Positions 16,984 through 27,367 are shown, counted from the stretch's first letter. The stretch is 64,000 bases of DNA from an uncultured Actinomycetes bacterium (GCA_963704725.1 OY969934.1:2464001-2528000); one strand, 5' to 3'. The notes: a model not told the origin generated them from the sequence alone. Numbers and translations: made by a program.

Positions 16984-18639
16984 ATGACCGACGCATCCGA
17001 GGCCGCCCGAACGCTCATCGATCGCTACTGGGAACGGCTCCTCGAGCACGAGCCGATCCTGGGCACCCTGATCGGCGACGAGCGCTACGACGATCGGCTC
17101 CCCGATCCGAGCGAGGCCGGCCGGGCCGCCGGCTTGGCGCTGCACCGGTCGGCGCTCGAGGAGCTCGCCCTGCTCGAGCGCGACCTCGACGACGAGGACC
17201 TGCGCACCTCGCTCGACGTCCTGGAGGCGATCGCCTCCCGCGAGATCGCGGCGCTCGAGCATCGCCTCGACCGGCTCTCGGCCGTGAGCCACCTGTGGGG
17301 GCCGGGCGGGCTGGTCGGCGAGCTCGCCTCGATGCAGCGGGCGGACACGCCGGAGCGGCTCGACCGGTACGTGGCCCGGCTCTCGGCCACCCCGGCCTAC
17401 TACGACGCGATCCTGGACGTGATGCGGGACGGGATCGCCGCCCGGGTCACCGGCCCGAAGGTGGTGGTGGAGCGCGCGATCGCCCAGGTCAACCGGCTGC
17501 TCGAGACGCCGGTCGAGGACTCCCCCGCCCTCCTTCCCGTGGCCGCGGAGGATGCCGCCGGCCGGGAGCGCGTGACCGGCGCGCTGCGCGACCGCCTGCA
17601 CCCGGCGCTCGCCCGGTACCTGGACGCGCTCGAGGAGTACCTGCCGCACGCGACCGACACGATCGGCCTGTACGCGCTGCCGGACGGCGAGGAGATCTAC
17701 GACGCACAGATCCTGTCGTGGACCACCCTCCCCCTGCGGGCCAGGAAGGTGCACGAGCTGGGCGTCGAGGACCTGGCCGGGATCCAGGACGAGCGGCGGC
17801 TGTGCGCGGAGCGGATCGGGGCGCCCACCGCGGCGGCCGCGGTCGAGCTCCTGGACGAGCGAGGCAACCGCGCCGAGTCACGGGAGCAGCTCCTGGCGCT
17901 GGCCGAGCGACAGGTGGCCAAGGGGTGGGACGCGGCGCCCGCGTGGTTCGGGCGGATGCCCTCGGAGAGCTGCCACGTCAAGGCGGTCGAGGAGTTCCGC
18001 GAGGCCGACATGCCGTTCGCCTTCTACCAGCCTCCGTCGGCGGACGGGTCGCGCAAGGGCGTGTACTACGTGAACGCGGGCGACCTGGGCGACAAGCCCC
18101 TGCACCACCTGGCCACCACCACGTACCACGAGGCCAACCCCGGTCATCACTTCCAGATCGCGCTCGAGCAGGAGGCCGGCGAGCGCCCGACGCTCCGGCG
18201 GTTCGGCGGGCTCATGGCCGGCTCGGCGTTCGCCGAGGGGTGGGGCCTGTACAGCGAGCGGTTGGCGGACGAGATGGGCCTGTTCGCCGACGAGCCGGAG
18301 CGGATGGGGATGCTGGACATGCAGGGCATGCGGGCGGCGCGCCTCGTCGTCGACACCGGGATCCACGCGTTCGGCTGGACGCGCGAGCAGGCGATCGCCG
18401 AGCTCGAGGGAGCCGGGGTCCCCTCCCTCGACGCGGCGATCGAGACCGACCGCTACATCACGATGCCCGGCCAGGCGCTCTCGTACAAGATCGGGCAGTT
18501 CGAGATCGAGCAGCAGCGGGCGGACTCCGCCGAGCACGAGGGGGCGGCGTTCTCCATCGCCGCCTTCCACGACCGCCTGTTGGCGCTCGGATCGCTCCCG
18601 CTCTCGGCGCTCCGCCGCGAGCTGGCCCGTTCGGCCTAA
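16984..18639 (+). CDS. DUF885-family protein (putative metallopeptidase)
   Basis: HEANPGHHFQ, AFAEGWGLYSE, RLVVDTGIH, PGQALSYKIG. Confidence 0.9.
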   Translation: MTDASEAARTLIDRYWERLLEHEPILGTLIGDERYDDRLPDPSEAGRAAGLALHRSALEELALLERDLDDEDLRTSLDVLEAIASREIAALEHRLDRLSAVSHLWGPGGLVGELASMQRADTPERLDRYVARLSATPAYYDAILDVMRDGIAARVTGPKVVVERAIAQVNRLLETPVEDSPALLPVAAEDAAGRERVTGALRDRLHPALARYLDALEEYLPHATDTIGLYALPDGEEIYDAQILSWTTLPLRARKVHELGVEDLAGIQDERRLCAERIGAPTAAAAVELLDERGNRAESREQLLALAERQVAKGWDAAPAWFGRMPSESCHVKAVEEFREADMPFAFYQPPSADGSRKGVYYVNAGDLGDKPLHHLATTTYHEANPGHHFQIALEQEAGERPTLRRFGGLMAGSAFAEGWGLYSERLADEMGLFADEPERMGMLDMQGMRAARLVVDTGIHAFGWTREQAIAELEGAGVPSLDAAIETDRYITMPGQALSYKIGQFEIEQQRADSAEHEGAAFSIAAFHDRLLALGSLPLSALRRELARSA

Positions 18640-18742
18640 CGATCCCGGGCCCTCACGCCGCCCCGTCACGGGGCCGGTGGACCCGCGGTCCACAGGTCAC
18701 CTCGCCCTAAGGAGGCACGCCTCCCGGTGCGAGCGTGTGGTC

Positions 18743-19918
18743 ATGGACACCGAACGGCTCGTCGTGGGCGTCCCTCGGGAGACCTTCCCGGGAGAGGCCC
18801 GGGTGGCGCTCGTCCCCGCGGTGCTGCCGCAACTCTCCAAGGCGGGGCTGGACGTGCTCGTCGAGGCCCATGCCGGTGAGATGGCGGGGTACCCCGACGA
18901 CGCCTACGTGGCACACGGCGCGCGGATCGGATCGCGCGATGACGTGTTCGCGGCGGACATCGTCGTGCAGGTGCGCACCTGCGGCATGAACCCGGAGAAG
19001 GGCCGGGACGACGTCGATCGATTCCGCCCAGACCAGGTCATCGCCGGGATGGCCGATCCCCTCGTCTGCCCCGCCGGCGTCCAGCAGGCGGCCGATCGCA
19101 AGGTGATCGGCTTCGCGCTCGACTTCATGCCGCGCATCACGCGCGCGCAGAGCATGGACGTGCTCTCGTCCCAGGCCACCGCCATCGGCTACAAGGCCGT
19201 GCTCCTGGCGGCCGAACGGATGCCGAAGATGTTCCCGATGCTGACCACGGCTGCGGGCACGATCCCGCCGGCGCAGATCTTCGTCATCGGGGCCGGGGTC
19301 GCGGGGCTCCAGGCCATCGCGACGGCTCGCCGACTCGGAGGAGTGGTCCAGGGCTACGACGTGCGACCAGCCGCGCAGGAGGACATCGAGAGCCTGGGCG
19401 CGCGATGCGTGCTGCTTCCGCTGGCCCCCGGCGATGCCGAAGACCAGAGCGGCTATGCCAAGGAGCTCGGCGAGGCCTTCTACAAGCGGCAGCAGGAGCT
19501 CATGGCCCAGGTGGTCGCGGGCGCGGACGCCGTCATCACGACGGCGCTGATCCCCGGCAAGAAGGCACCCATGCTGATCACGGCGGAGGCCGTCGCCGGG
19601 ATGCAGCCGGGATCGGTCATCATCGACTGCGCCGCGGAGCGGGGCGGCAACTGCGAGCTCACGCGTGCCAACAAGCGGGTCGTCACCGAGAACCGCGTGA
19701 TGATCCTCGGTCCCACGAACCTGGCCTCGACCGTGCCCTTCGAGACGAGCCACATGTACGCGAAGAACGTCACGGCGTTCCTCCTCCTCCTGGTCAAGGA
19801 CGGGAAGCTCGAGATCGACTACGAGGACGAGATCGTCAAGGGCACGCTCGTCACGCGCGAGGGCGAGATCGTGAACAAGAGGGTGCGAGAGGCGCTCGCG
19901 GAGGTGCAGGATGTCTGA
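18743..19918 (+). CDS. pntAA: NAD(P) transhydrogenase alpha subunit, NAD(H)-binding part
   Basis: PRITRAQSMDVLSSQ, GAGVAGLQAI, ITTALIPG, GGNCELT. Confidence 0.93.
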   Translation: MDTERLVVGVPRETFPGEARVALVPAVLPQLSKAGLDVLVEAHAGEMAGYPDDAYVAHGARIGSRDDVFAADIVVQVRTCGMNPEKGRDDVDRFRPDQVIAGMADPLVCPAGVQQAADRKVIGFALDFMPRITRAQSMDVLSSQATAIGYKAVLLAAERMPKMFPMLTTAAGTIPPAQIFVIGAGVAGLQAIATARRLGGVVQGYDVRPAAQEDIESLGARCVLLPLAPGDAEDQSGYAKELGEAFYKRQQELMAQVVAGADAVITTALIPGKKAPMLITAEAVAGMQPGSVIIDCAAERGGNCELTRANKRVVTENRVMILGPTNLASTVPFETSHMYAKNVTAFLLLLVKDGKLEIDYEDEIVKGTLVTREGEIVNKRVREALAEVQDV

Positions 19919-20246
19919 CACCCTCGAGGTCAGCCTGTTCATCTTCGTCTTGTCGTCGTTCCTCGGCTACGCGGTCATCACGCGCGTGTCCAACCTGCTC
20001 CACACGCCGCTGATGTCGCTCACGAACGCGCTGTCGGCCATCTCGATCGTCGGCTCCCTGATCCTGGCCGGGGCCGGCGAGAAGGGATTCGCCACGGTGC
20101 TGGGCGCCATCGCGGTGTTCGCGTCGACCACGAACATCGTCTCCGGGTTCCTCATCACCGACCGGATGCTGAAGATGTTCCGCCGTCGTGAGGATCCCAA
20201 GAAGACGGCACCGGAAGCGGCACCGAAGGAGGTGCCGGCAGCATGA
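19911..20246 (+). CDS. pntAB: NAD(P) transhydrogenase alpha subunit, membrane part
   Basis: LHTPLMSLTNALS, GFLITDRMLKMF. Confidence 0.93.
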   Translation: MSDTLEVSLFIFVLSSFLGYAVITRVSNLLHTPLMSLTNALSAISIVGSLILAGAGEKGFATVLGAIAVFASTTNIVSGFLITDRMLKMFRRREDPKKTAPEAAPKEVPAA

Positions 20247-21655
20247 GCGACTTCATGAACGACACCTTCATGCCGCTCGCGTACCTGTTCGCCGCGGCCT
20301 GCTTCATCCTGTCGCTGAAGTGGCTCTCGCACCCGACGACCGCACGCAGGGGCGTGCGGACGGGCGAGGTCGGGATGCTCGTGGCCGTCGCCGCGACCCT
20401 GTTCCACTTCCAGATCGTCGAGTTCCAGTGGATCGTCATCGCCATCGTGGCCGGCGTCGCGCTGGGGGTGCCGCTCGGCCTGCTGGTCCCGATGACGGCC
20501 GTCCCCCAGCGGACGGCGCTGTCGCATGCGTTCGGCGCCGCGGCGGCGGGCCTGGTGGGGACCGCGGAGTTCTACCTCCACGGCCAGACGGCGGACAAGT
20601 CGACGCTCGTCGCCATCGGCCTCGAGGTCATCCTGGGGTTCCTGACCTTCACGGGCTCGCTGATCGCGGCCGGGAAGCTCCAGGGCATCGTCCGGGACCG
20701 CCCGTGGGTCTACAAGGGCCAGAACATCGTGAACCTGGCGATCCTGGGATCCGCCCTGGTGATGGTGGGGTTCCTGGTCGCCAAGCCGAGCCTCACGGTG
20801 CTGTTCCCCATCGTGATCGTGGTCTCGCTGGTGTTCGGCTTCATGCTCGTGATCCGCATCGGCGGCGCGGACATGCCGACCGTGATCTCGCTGCTGAACA
20901 GCTACGCAGGCCTGTCGGCCGCGATGATGGGGTTCGTCCTCGACAGCAAGCTGCTGATCATCGCCGGCGCCCTCGACGGCTCCAGCGGTCTGATCCTGTC
21001 GATCATCATGTGCAAGGCGATGAACCGGTCGTTCGCGAACGTCCTGTTCGGGGGGTTCGGCGCCGAGGACACCACGGGCGGTGGGGCGATCGAGCAGCGG
21101 CCGGTTCGCAGCGTCGACCCCGAGGAGACCGCCTACCTCCTCGACACGGCGCGCTCCGTCGTCATCGTCCCGGGGTACGGGATGGCTGCGGCGCAAGCCC
21201 AGCACAAGGTCCGCGAGCTCTCCGACGCGCTGCTGAAGCGCGGCGTCGACGTCAAGTTCGCCATCCACCCGGTGGCCGGGCGCATGCCGGGGCACATGAA
21301 CGTGCTCCTGGCGGAGGCCAACGTGCCGTACGACCAGCTGTACGACCTCGACACGATCAACAGCGACTTCCCGCAGACGGACATCGTGCTCGTGGTCGGG
21401 GCGAACGACGTGGTCAACCCGTCGGCGCGCACCGACACGGCGAGCCCGATCTACGGGATGCCGATCCTCGACGTCGACAACGCGGCGTCGATCATCGTGG
21501 TCAAGCGATCCATGCGCTCCGGCTTCGCCGGGGTGGACAACGAGCTCTTCTACCTGCAGAAGACCCAGATGCTCTTCGGCGACGCCAAGACCGTCATCGG
21601 CGGCGTCGTCGACGAGCTGTCACGACTGCCCGCCAGGGAGGTGTCCTCGGTATGA
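20243..21655 (+). CDS. pntB: NAD(P) transhydrogenase beta subunit
   Basis: IGGADMP..ISLLNSY, HPVAGRMPGHMNVLLAEA, GANDVVNP. Confidence 0.95.
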   Translation: MSDFMNDTFMPLAYLFAAACFILSLKWLSHPTTARRGVRTGEVGMLVAVAATLFHFQIVEFQWIVIAIVAGVALGVPLGLLVPMTAVPQRTALSHAFGAAAAGLVGTAEFYLHGQTADKSTLVAIGLEVILGFLTFTGSLIAAGKLQGIVRDRPWVYKGQNIVNLAILGSALVMVGFLVAKPSLTVLFPIVIVVSLVFGFMLVIRIGGADMPTVISLLNSYAGLSAAMMGFVLDSKLLIIAGALDGSSGLILSIIMCKAMNRSFANVLFGGFGAEDTTGGGAIEQRPVRSVDPEETAYLLDTARSVVIVPGYGMAAAQAQHKVRELSDALLKRGVDVKFAIHPVAGRMPGHMNVLLAEANVPYDQLYDLDTINSDFPQTDIVLVVGANDVVNPSARTDTASPIYGMPILDVDNAASIIVVKRSMRSGFAGVDNELFYLQKTQMLFGDAKTVIGGVVDELSRLPAREVSSV

Positions 21656-23397
21656 GCATGACCCTCGAGCCCGAGCGACTCGCAGAGCACGCATGGTGTG
21701 AGCGGCTCAGGGCCGGCGCCGGGCCGGTCCCGGTCCCCTGTCGCGGCCTCGCGCTCCTCGAGCAACCCCTGCTCAACAAGGACACGGCCTTCACGGAGGA
21801 GGAGCGAGACGTCCTCGGGCTCCGCGGCCTCCTCCCGACCCGCATCCGGACGATCGAGGAGCAGGTCAAGCTCGAGATCGAGAAGAACCGGCGCAAGGGC
21901 GACGACCTCGAGCGGTTCATCGGGATCGCGGCGCTGCAGGACCGCAACGAGACGCTCTTCTACCGGCTGCTGCTCGAGTACCTCGAGGAGCTGATGCCGA
22001 TCGTCTACACGCCGGTCGTCGGCAGGGCCTGTCAGGAGTACAGCCACATCATGCGCCGGGCCCGTGGCCTGTGGCTCACGCCCGACGACATCGACCGCAT
22101 CCCCGAGCTGCTGGCCAACGCCCGGCACGAGGACGTCCGGCTCATCGTGGTGACCGACAACGAACGGATCCTGGGGCTCGGCGACCAGGGCGCGGGCGGG
22201 ATGGGGATCCCGGTCGGCAAGCTCTCCCTGTACACGGCGGGAGCGGGGATCTACCCGGCGCTGACGCTGCCGGTGTCGCTCGACGTGGGGACGGACAACC
22301 AGGCCCTGCTCGACGACCCCGACTACTTCGGCTATCGCCACCCCCGGCTGCGGGGACCCGACTACGACGCGTTCATCGAGGCCTTCGTGGAAGGCGTGCT
22401 CTCGGTGTTCCCCCACGCGGTCCTGCAGTGGGAGGACTTCAAGCAGCACAACGCGATCCGCCTGCTCGACCGCTACCGCCACCGCATCACGAGCTTCAAC
22501 GACGACATCCAGGGCACGGCGGCCGTGGTCATGGGCGGCGTCTACGGTGCGCTGCGGGTCCTCGACGAGCCCCTGAGCGACCAGCGACTCGTGTTCCTCG
22601 GCGCCGGAGCGGCGGGCATCGGCATCGCCCGTCTCGTTCGAGCGCAGATGGTCCGCGAGGGCGTTTCCGAGGAGCGGATCCGCCGGGCGATCGTGCAGCT
22701 CGACTCGCGAGGGCTGACCTACCTGGGACGCGAGCCGCTCGACGCGGACAAGGAGGAGCTCGCCCTCGGGGCGGAGGAGATGGCCGCGTACGGCTTCGAG
22801 CCGGGACAGATGTACGGGCTCGAGGAGGTCGTCAAGCGCGTGCACCCCACCTTCCTCATCGGAACGAGCGGCACGCCCGGGACGTTCACGGAGGTCGCCA
22901 TCCGAGAGATGGCGGCCCACGCGCGGATCCCGGTCGTCCTCCCGTTGTCCAACCCGACCTCGAAGACCGAGGCCCAGCCGGAGGACATCATGGAGTGGAC
23001 GCGCGGCCGCGCCATCGTCGCGACCGGCAGCCCCTTCCCTCCGGTCGTCCGCGGGGAACGGACCCACGTGATCGGGCAGGCCAACAACGCGTTCGTGTTC
23101 CCCGGCATCGGGCTCGGGGCGGTGGTCGCGGAGGCCCGCGAGGTGACCGACGAGATGTTCCTCGTCGCCGCCGAGGCCATGGCCGCCGTCGTCTCGGAGG
23201 AACGCCTGGCCGAGGGCGTGGTCTACCCCTCCCCGTCCGAGCTCCGCGTGGCCTCAAGGGCCGTCGCCGTCGCCGTGGTCAGAGCGGCCCGGGACGGCGG
23301 GGTCGGCCGCCATCTCTCCGACGAGGAGATCGAGGCGGCGGTCGACGAGATGATGTGGTTCCCGCAGTACCTGCCGTACGAACCGGCCCTTGCCTGA
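21652..23397 (+). CDS. maeA: Malic enzyme (large MaeA/SfcA type)
   Basis: PIVYTPVVG, ILGLGDQG, FNDDIQGT, LSNPTSK, GQANN; ATGA overlap with pntB. Confidence 0.9.
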   Translation: MSMTLEPERLAEHAWCERLRAGAGPVPVPCRGLALLEQPLLNKDTAFTEEERDVLGLRGLLPTRIRTIEEQVKLEIEKNRRKGDDLERFIGIAALQDRNETLFYRLLLEYLEELMPIVYTPVVGRACQEYSHIMRRARGLWLTPDDIDRIPELLANARHEDVRLIVVTDNERILGLGDQGAGGMGIPVGKLSLYTAGAGIYPALTLPVSLDVGTDNQALLDDPDYFGYRHPRLRGPDYDAFIEAFVEGVLSVFPHAVLQWEDFKQHNAIRLLDRYRHRITSFNDDIQGTAAVVMGGVYGALRVLDEPLSDQRLVFLGAGAAGIGIARLVRAQMVREGVSEERIRRAIVQLDSRGLTYLGREPLDADKEELALGAEEMAAYGFEPGQMYGLEEVVKRVHPTFLIGTSGTPGTFTEVAIREMAAHARIPVVLPLSNPTSKTEAQPEDIMEWTRGRAIVATGSPFPPVVRGERTHVIGQANNAFVFPGIGLGAVVAEAREVTDEMFLVAAEAMAAVVSEERLAEGVVYPSPSELRVASRAVAVAVVRAARDGGVGRHLSDEEIEAAVDEMMWFPQYLPYEPALA

Positions 23398-23598
23398 AGG
23401 GTGACCGGTCCCGGAGGTTCCGGGCCCTCCCGCCCTGTGCCGCAGCCACTCGCGTCGGTCACGCTCACTCTGGTGACGCGTGACCGGACAACCGGAGCGC
23501 GTCCGCGGAGGGACGATGTCGGCGACGATGTCCGTTGCCACTCCGCCGGCCGCCGAGCGCCATGATCCCGGCCGGCCGGATGCGGCGTCCGCTCCTCC

Positions 23599-24141
23599 AT
23601 GACCGCCACGGTCACCGCCTCCGAGGTCCTGGTTCTCGGGATCGGCGACGGCCGGCTCGGTGACGAGAGCGTGGGGGTCCACGCGGCCGAGGCCGCCCGC
23701 CGGTGGCTCCCCGCAGAGGTTCGGGTGCTCGCCCTCGACGACATCGGCCCGGCGACGATCGCCGAGCTCGACGGGGCGACCCACATCCTGGTCCTCGACA
23801 GCATCGATGTGGGTCGGGAGCCGGGCACGATCGTCTGGTTCAACGCCGACGACCTGTCGCCATGCGCCACCCGGTCCGTGTATCGATTCGGCGTCGCCGA
23901 TCTGTTGGTCCGCGTGGGCCAGACGACCTCCGCGCCCGCGGAGGCCATCGTCCTGGGTGTCCAACCGTCGTGCGATGGGGGCTGCGACGACCTGTCCCCG
24001 GACGTCGAGGCGGCGGTGCCCCGGCTCGTCGATCAGGCGACGTGGATCGTGCGGGCGTGGCTCGACGGGATCCCGGCTCGCGAGGGATCTCACTCGGCCA
24101 AGCAGCCGTGCGGGGACGGGGCGAGCATCCGGATGGTGTGA
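23599..24141 (+). CDS. Hydrogenase maturation protease-like protein, divergent
   Basis: LGIGDGRLGDESVG, VLDSID, LGVQP; the usual Asn and His positions are altered. Confidence 0.72.
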   Translation: MTATVTASEVLVLGIGDGRLGDESVGVHAAEAARRWLPAEVRVLALDDIGPATIAELDGATHILVLDSIDVGREPGTIVWFNADDLSPCATRSVYRFGVADLLVRVGQTTSAPAEAIVLGVQPSCDGGCDDLSPDVEAAVPRLVDQATWIVRAWLDGIPAREGSHSAKQPCGDGASIRMV

Positions 24142-24149
24142 GAGGGCGG

Positions 24150-24179
24150 AGCCGAGGAGGTCCTAGCCGAGGAGGTCCT
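24150..24179. repeat. 15-bp tandem direct repeat AGCCGAGGAGGTCCT x2
   Basis: Copies at 24150-24164 and 24165-24179, at the convergent gene junction. Confidence 0.85.
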
Positions 24180-24633
24180 TCTCGAGACCGCGAACGCGCG
24201 CGGCGAGCCCCGACATGATCCGGAAGGCCACGTCGGGCTCGCGCCGAAGGACCTCCCGGAACGCCGATCGCTTCAGACGGATGACGTCGAGCGTGGTCTC
24301 GGCGACGACGCTCGCCGAGCGGGCCGTGCCGTCGATCAACGACATCTCGCCGAAGTGGTCGCCCGGACCGAGGTGCCGCAGGAGCCGCTGGGACGCTCCG
24401 CGCGTGACCCGCGCCCGGCCGTCGAGGATCACGTAGAACGCGAGCGCGGGCTTGCCCTCGTCGATGACGTGTTCCCCCACCGGGATCCAGAGCTCCTCGG
24501 CGAGCGACCCGATCCGTCGCAGATCGCGCTGCGACAGCCCCGAGAACAGCGGCACGCCGCCGAGCACTCGCCATCCGGGGGCCGTGATGCGCTGGACCGT
24601 CCCGACCGTGGGCGCCTTCATCCGTGCCGGCAT
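24163..24633 (-). CDS. Stand-alone cyclic-nucleotide-binding domain protein
   Basis: VPLFSGLS, LGPGDHFGEMSL..TARSASV. Confidence 0.88.
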   Translation of the reverse strand: MPARMKAPTVGTVQRITAPGWRVLGGVPLFSGLSQRDLRRIGSLAEELWIPVGEHVIDEGKPALAFYVILDGRARVTRGASQRLLRHLGPGDHFGEMSLIDGTARSASVVAETTLDVIRLKRSAFREVLRREPDVAFRIMSGLAARVRGLEKDLLG

Positions 24634-24661
24634 GGCATCGCCTCCTCGGATCGGCGTGAGC

Positions 24662-25534
24662 CTATCCTCCCGGCGGCTTCGTCGCCCGAAGGAGCAGGTA
24701 GTCGATCACGCCGCGCCGCCACAGGAGCTCGGCCTGCGCCAGCATGGCGCGACACGCCAGCCGCATCGCGAGCGGCGCGTCGGCCTCGCCGGACTCGAGC
24801 CGGCGGCGCACGAACCGCAGGGCGGGCTCGATCACGCTGCCGCCGACCACCTGGATCCGGACGTCGACGAACCCGGCGCGCACCGCGGCCGCGGCGATCC
24901 GGCCGGCCGAGGCCGCCGCGCTCGAGCGCAGTCCCCACACGCGGAGCTGCGTCAGGCCGGCCACGACCTCCCAGACGCCCCGGGGCATCCGGACCGTCGG
25001 GACGTCGGACATCGAGAGCACGCCGCCCGGTCGCAGGACGCGGAAGGCCTCGCGGAAGAACCGCTCCCGCGACGGGAAGTGGAACGCGGCCTCGACGCTG
25101 ATCACCCCGTCGAAGCTCGCCTCCCGCAGCGGCATCTTGGTGGCGTCGCCGTTCACCGCGGCGGCCGCCGCCTCGACCAGCCGCTCGCGCCCCGCGACGA
25201 GCTGGGAGCGCGTGACGTTCAGCGCCACGAGCCGAGCCGGCTCGGCGACCTGCGCGATGAGCGGATCCTGCGCCCCGAGCCCGTTGCCCACGTCGAGGAT
25301 CGCGCCGTCCCTCGGCAGCTCGGCGGCGAGCGTGGCGACCAGGCGACGGACGGCGGCCGGCGCTTCGGCGGGGTCCCGGCCGTCCCCCTCCCACAGCCCG
25401 AGGTTCAGCCAGCCCTCGTCGAGCGCCAGGAAGAAGTCCGGGCCGATCGAGTCGTAGACCGCCGCGGCGGGGTTCCGCCCCTGCCGCAGGAACGTCGCCG
25501 CGTGCCGGAGGTGGGCCGTCGTCCACGTCGTCAC
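24662..25534 (-). CDS. Class I SAM-dependent methyltransferase
   Basis: LNLGLW, ILDVGNGLG, FDGVISVEAAFHF, RVLRPGG. Confidence 0.88.
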   Translation of the reverse strand: MTTWTTAHLRHAATFLRQGRNPAAAVYDSIGPDFFLALDEGWLNLGLWEGDGRDPAEAPAAVRRLVATLAAELPRDGAILDVGNGLGAQDPLIAQVAEPARLVALNVTRSQLVAGRERLVEAAAAAVNGDATKMPLREASFDGVISVEAAFHFPSRERFFREAFRVLRPGGVLSMSDVPTVRMPRGVWEVVAGLTQLRVWGLRSSAAASAGRIAAAAVRAGFVDVRIQVVGGSVIEPALRFVRRRLESGEADAPLAMRLACRAMLAQAELLWRRGVIDYLLLRATKPPGG

Positions 25535-25649
25535 CGGCTCACCCTAGGGCCTCGCGACGGCGGACCATCTGGACCGACCGCCCGTCGGGCCCCCGCGCTA
25601 GGCTTCGCCGAACCCTGCGGCCGCCGGCACACGGGAGGAGGACGGGTCG

Positions 25650-27008
25650 ATGGGGACGACGATCGACCGCGCCCGGCTGGGCGAGCTCACGGCCCGCGAG
25701 ACCGCGCGGTTCGAGGAGGAGCACCCGGCGTCGCGCGACCTGTTCGAGCGCGGAGCGCGCAACCTGCTCGCCGGCGTCCCCATGCCGTGGATGACGGAGT
25801 GGGCCGGCCCCTTCCCGCTCTTCGTGGCCGAGGCCGAGGGCGCCCGGTTCCGCGACGTCGACGGGCGCGAGTACGTCGATCTCTGCCTCGGCGACACCGG
25901 TGGGATGACGGGCCATGCCCCGAAGGTCGTCGTCGAGGTGATCGCCGAGCAGGCGGCCCGAGGCATCACGCTCATGCTGCCGACGGAGGACGCGATCTGG
26001 GTCGGCGCCGAGATGGAGCGGCGGTTCGGCCTGCCCTTCTGGCAGTTCTGCCTGACGGCCACCGACGCCAACCGCTTCGCGCTCCGGCTGGCGAGGGCGA
26101 TCACCGGCCGGCCGAAGATCCTCGTCTTCAACTACTGCTACCACGGCTCCGTCGACGAGACGATCGTCTCGATCGAGGACGGCGTGCCGGGCCCCCGGCC
26201 CGGGACGATCGGCCCGCCGGTCGATCCCACGGTCACCACGCGGGTGGTCGAGTTCAACGACGTCGACGCGCTCGAGGCGGCGCTGGCCAACGAGGACGTG
26301 GCGTGCGTCCTGGCCGAGCCGGCGCTCACGAACATCGGCATCGTGCTCCCCGACCCCGGCTACCACGACGCCCTGCGCGAGCTCACCCGGCGCCACGGCA
26401 CCTACCTGGTGATCGACGAGACGCACTGCATCTGCGCCGGCCCGGGCGGCGCGACGCGGGCCTGGGACCTCGAGCCGGACTTCCTGACGATCGGCAAGCC
26501 GCTCGCCAGCGGCGTCCCGGCCGCGTGCTACGGCATGAGCGCGGAGGTCGCCGAGCGCTCGCAGGCGTTCATGGACGCGCTCCCCACCACCGACGTCGGC
26601 GGGATCGGCGGGACGCTCGCGGGCAACGCGCTCTCGCTCGCGGCGATGCGGGCCACGCTCGAGCACGTGCTCACCGACGAGGCCTTCGAGCGGATGCTCC
26701 GGCTCGGCGAGCGGTGGGAGGCCGGCGTGCGCGACGCGATCGAGCGGCACGGGCTGCCGTGGGACGTCCAACGTCTCGGCTGCCGCGCCGAGTACTGGTT
26801 CACGCCCTCGCCGCCGCGCAACGGGGGGCAGGCGGCGGCCGCCGACGACCACGAGCTGGCCGGGTTCACGCACCTGTACGCGCTCAACCGCGGGATCCTC
26901 CTCACGCCGTTCCACAACATGGCGTTGATGTCTCCGGCGACCACCGAACAGGACGTGGACGCACATTCGCGCGTGTTCGAGGAGATGTGCGGGGAGCTCA
27001 CGGCATGA
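25650..27008 (+). CDS. Class III aminotransferase (GSA-aminomutase-like transaminase)
   Basis: DVDGREYVD, YHGS, IDETH, TIGK, GGTLAGN. Confidence 0.9.
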   Translation: MGTTIDRARLGELTARETARFEEEHPASRDLFERGARNLLAGVPMPWMTEWAGPFPLFVAEAEGARFRDVDGREYVDLCLGDTGGMTGHAPKVVVEVIAEQAARGITLMLPTEDAIWVGAEMERRFGLPFWQFCLTATDANRFALRLARAITGRPKILVFNYCYHGSVDETIVSIEDGVPGPRPGTIGPPVDPTVTTRVVEFNDVDALEAALANEDVACVLAEPALTNIGIVLPDPGYHDALRELTRRHGTYLVIDETHCICAGPGGATRAWDLEPDFLTIGKPLASGVPAACYGMSAEVAERSQAFMDALPTTDVGGIGGTLAGNALSLAAMRATLEHVLTDEAFERMLRLGERWEAGVRDAIERHGLPWDVQRLGCRAEYWFTPSPPRNGGQAAAADDHELAGFTHLYALNRGILLTPFHNMALMSPATTEQDVDAHSRVFEEMCGELTA

Positions 27009-27367
27009 CCGGCCCGAAGATCTCCCACGTCATGATCGACGCGCGCGACCCCGAGGGGCTCGCGCGCTTCTGGACCGCGCTCCTCGAGACCGAGGTCGTG
27101 TCCCGCTTCGACGAGGGGCGGTTCGTATTCCTCGCCTCCGCCGATCAGGGCGTCGCCATCGGGATCCAGCGCGTGCCCGAAGCCAAGGTCACGAAGAACC
27201 GCGTGCACGTCGACATCGAGGTGGACGACCTCGAGGCGTGGACCCGATGGGTGCGTCAGCACGGCGGCGCACGCGTCGCCGACCACCAAGCTGCCGGCAT
27301 CCACTGGCGGATCATGGCCGACCCCGAGGGCAACGAGTTCTGCCTGGTGCCGCGTCCCACCGACTGA
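27005..27367 (+). CDS. VOC/glyoxalase-family protein
   Basis: IDARDP..LARFW, KNRVHVD, MADPEGNEFC. Confidence 0.9.
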   Translation: MTGPKISHVMIDARDPEGLARFWTALLETEVVSRFDEGRFVFLASADQGVAIGIQRVPEAKVTKNRVHVDIEVDDLEAWTRWVRQHGGARVADHQAAGIHWRIMADPEGNEFCLVPRPTD

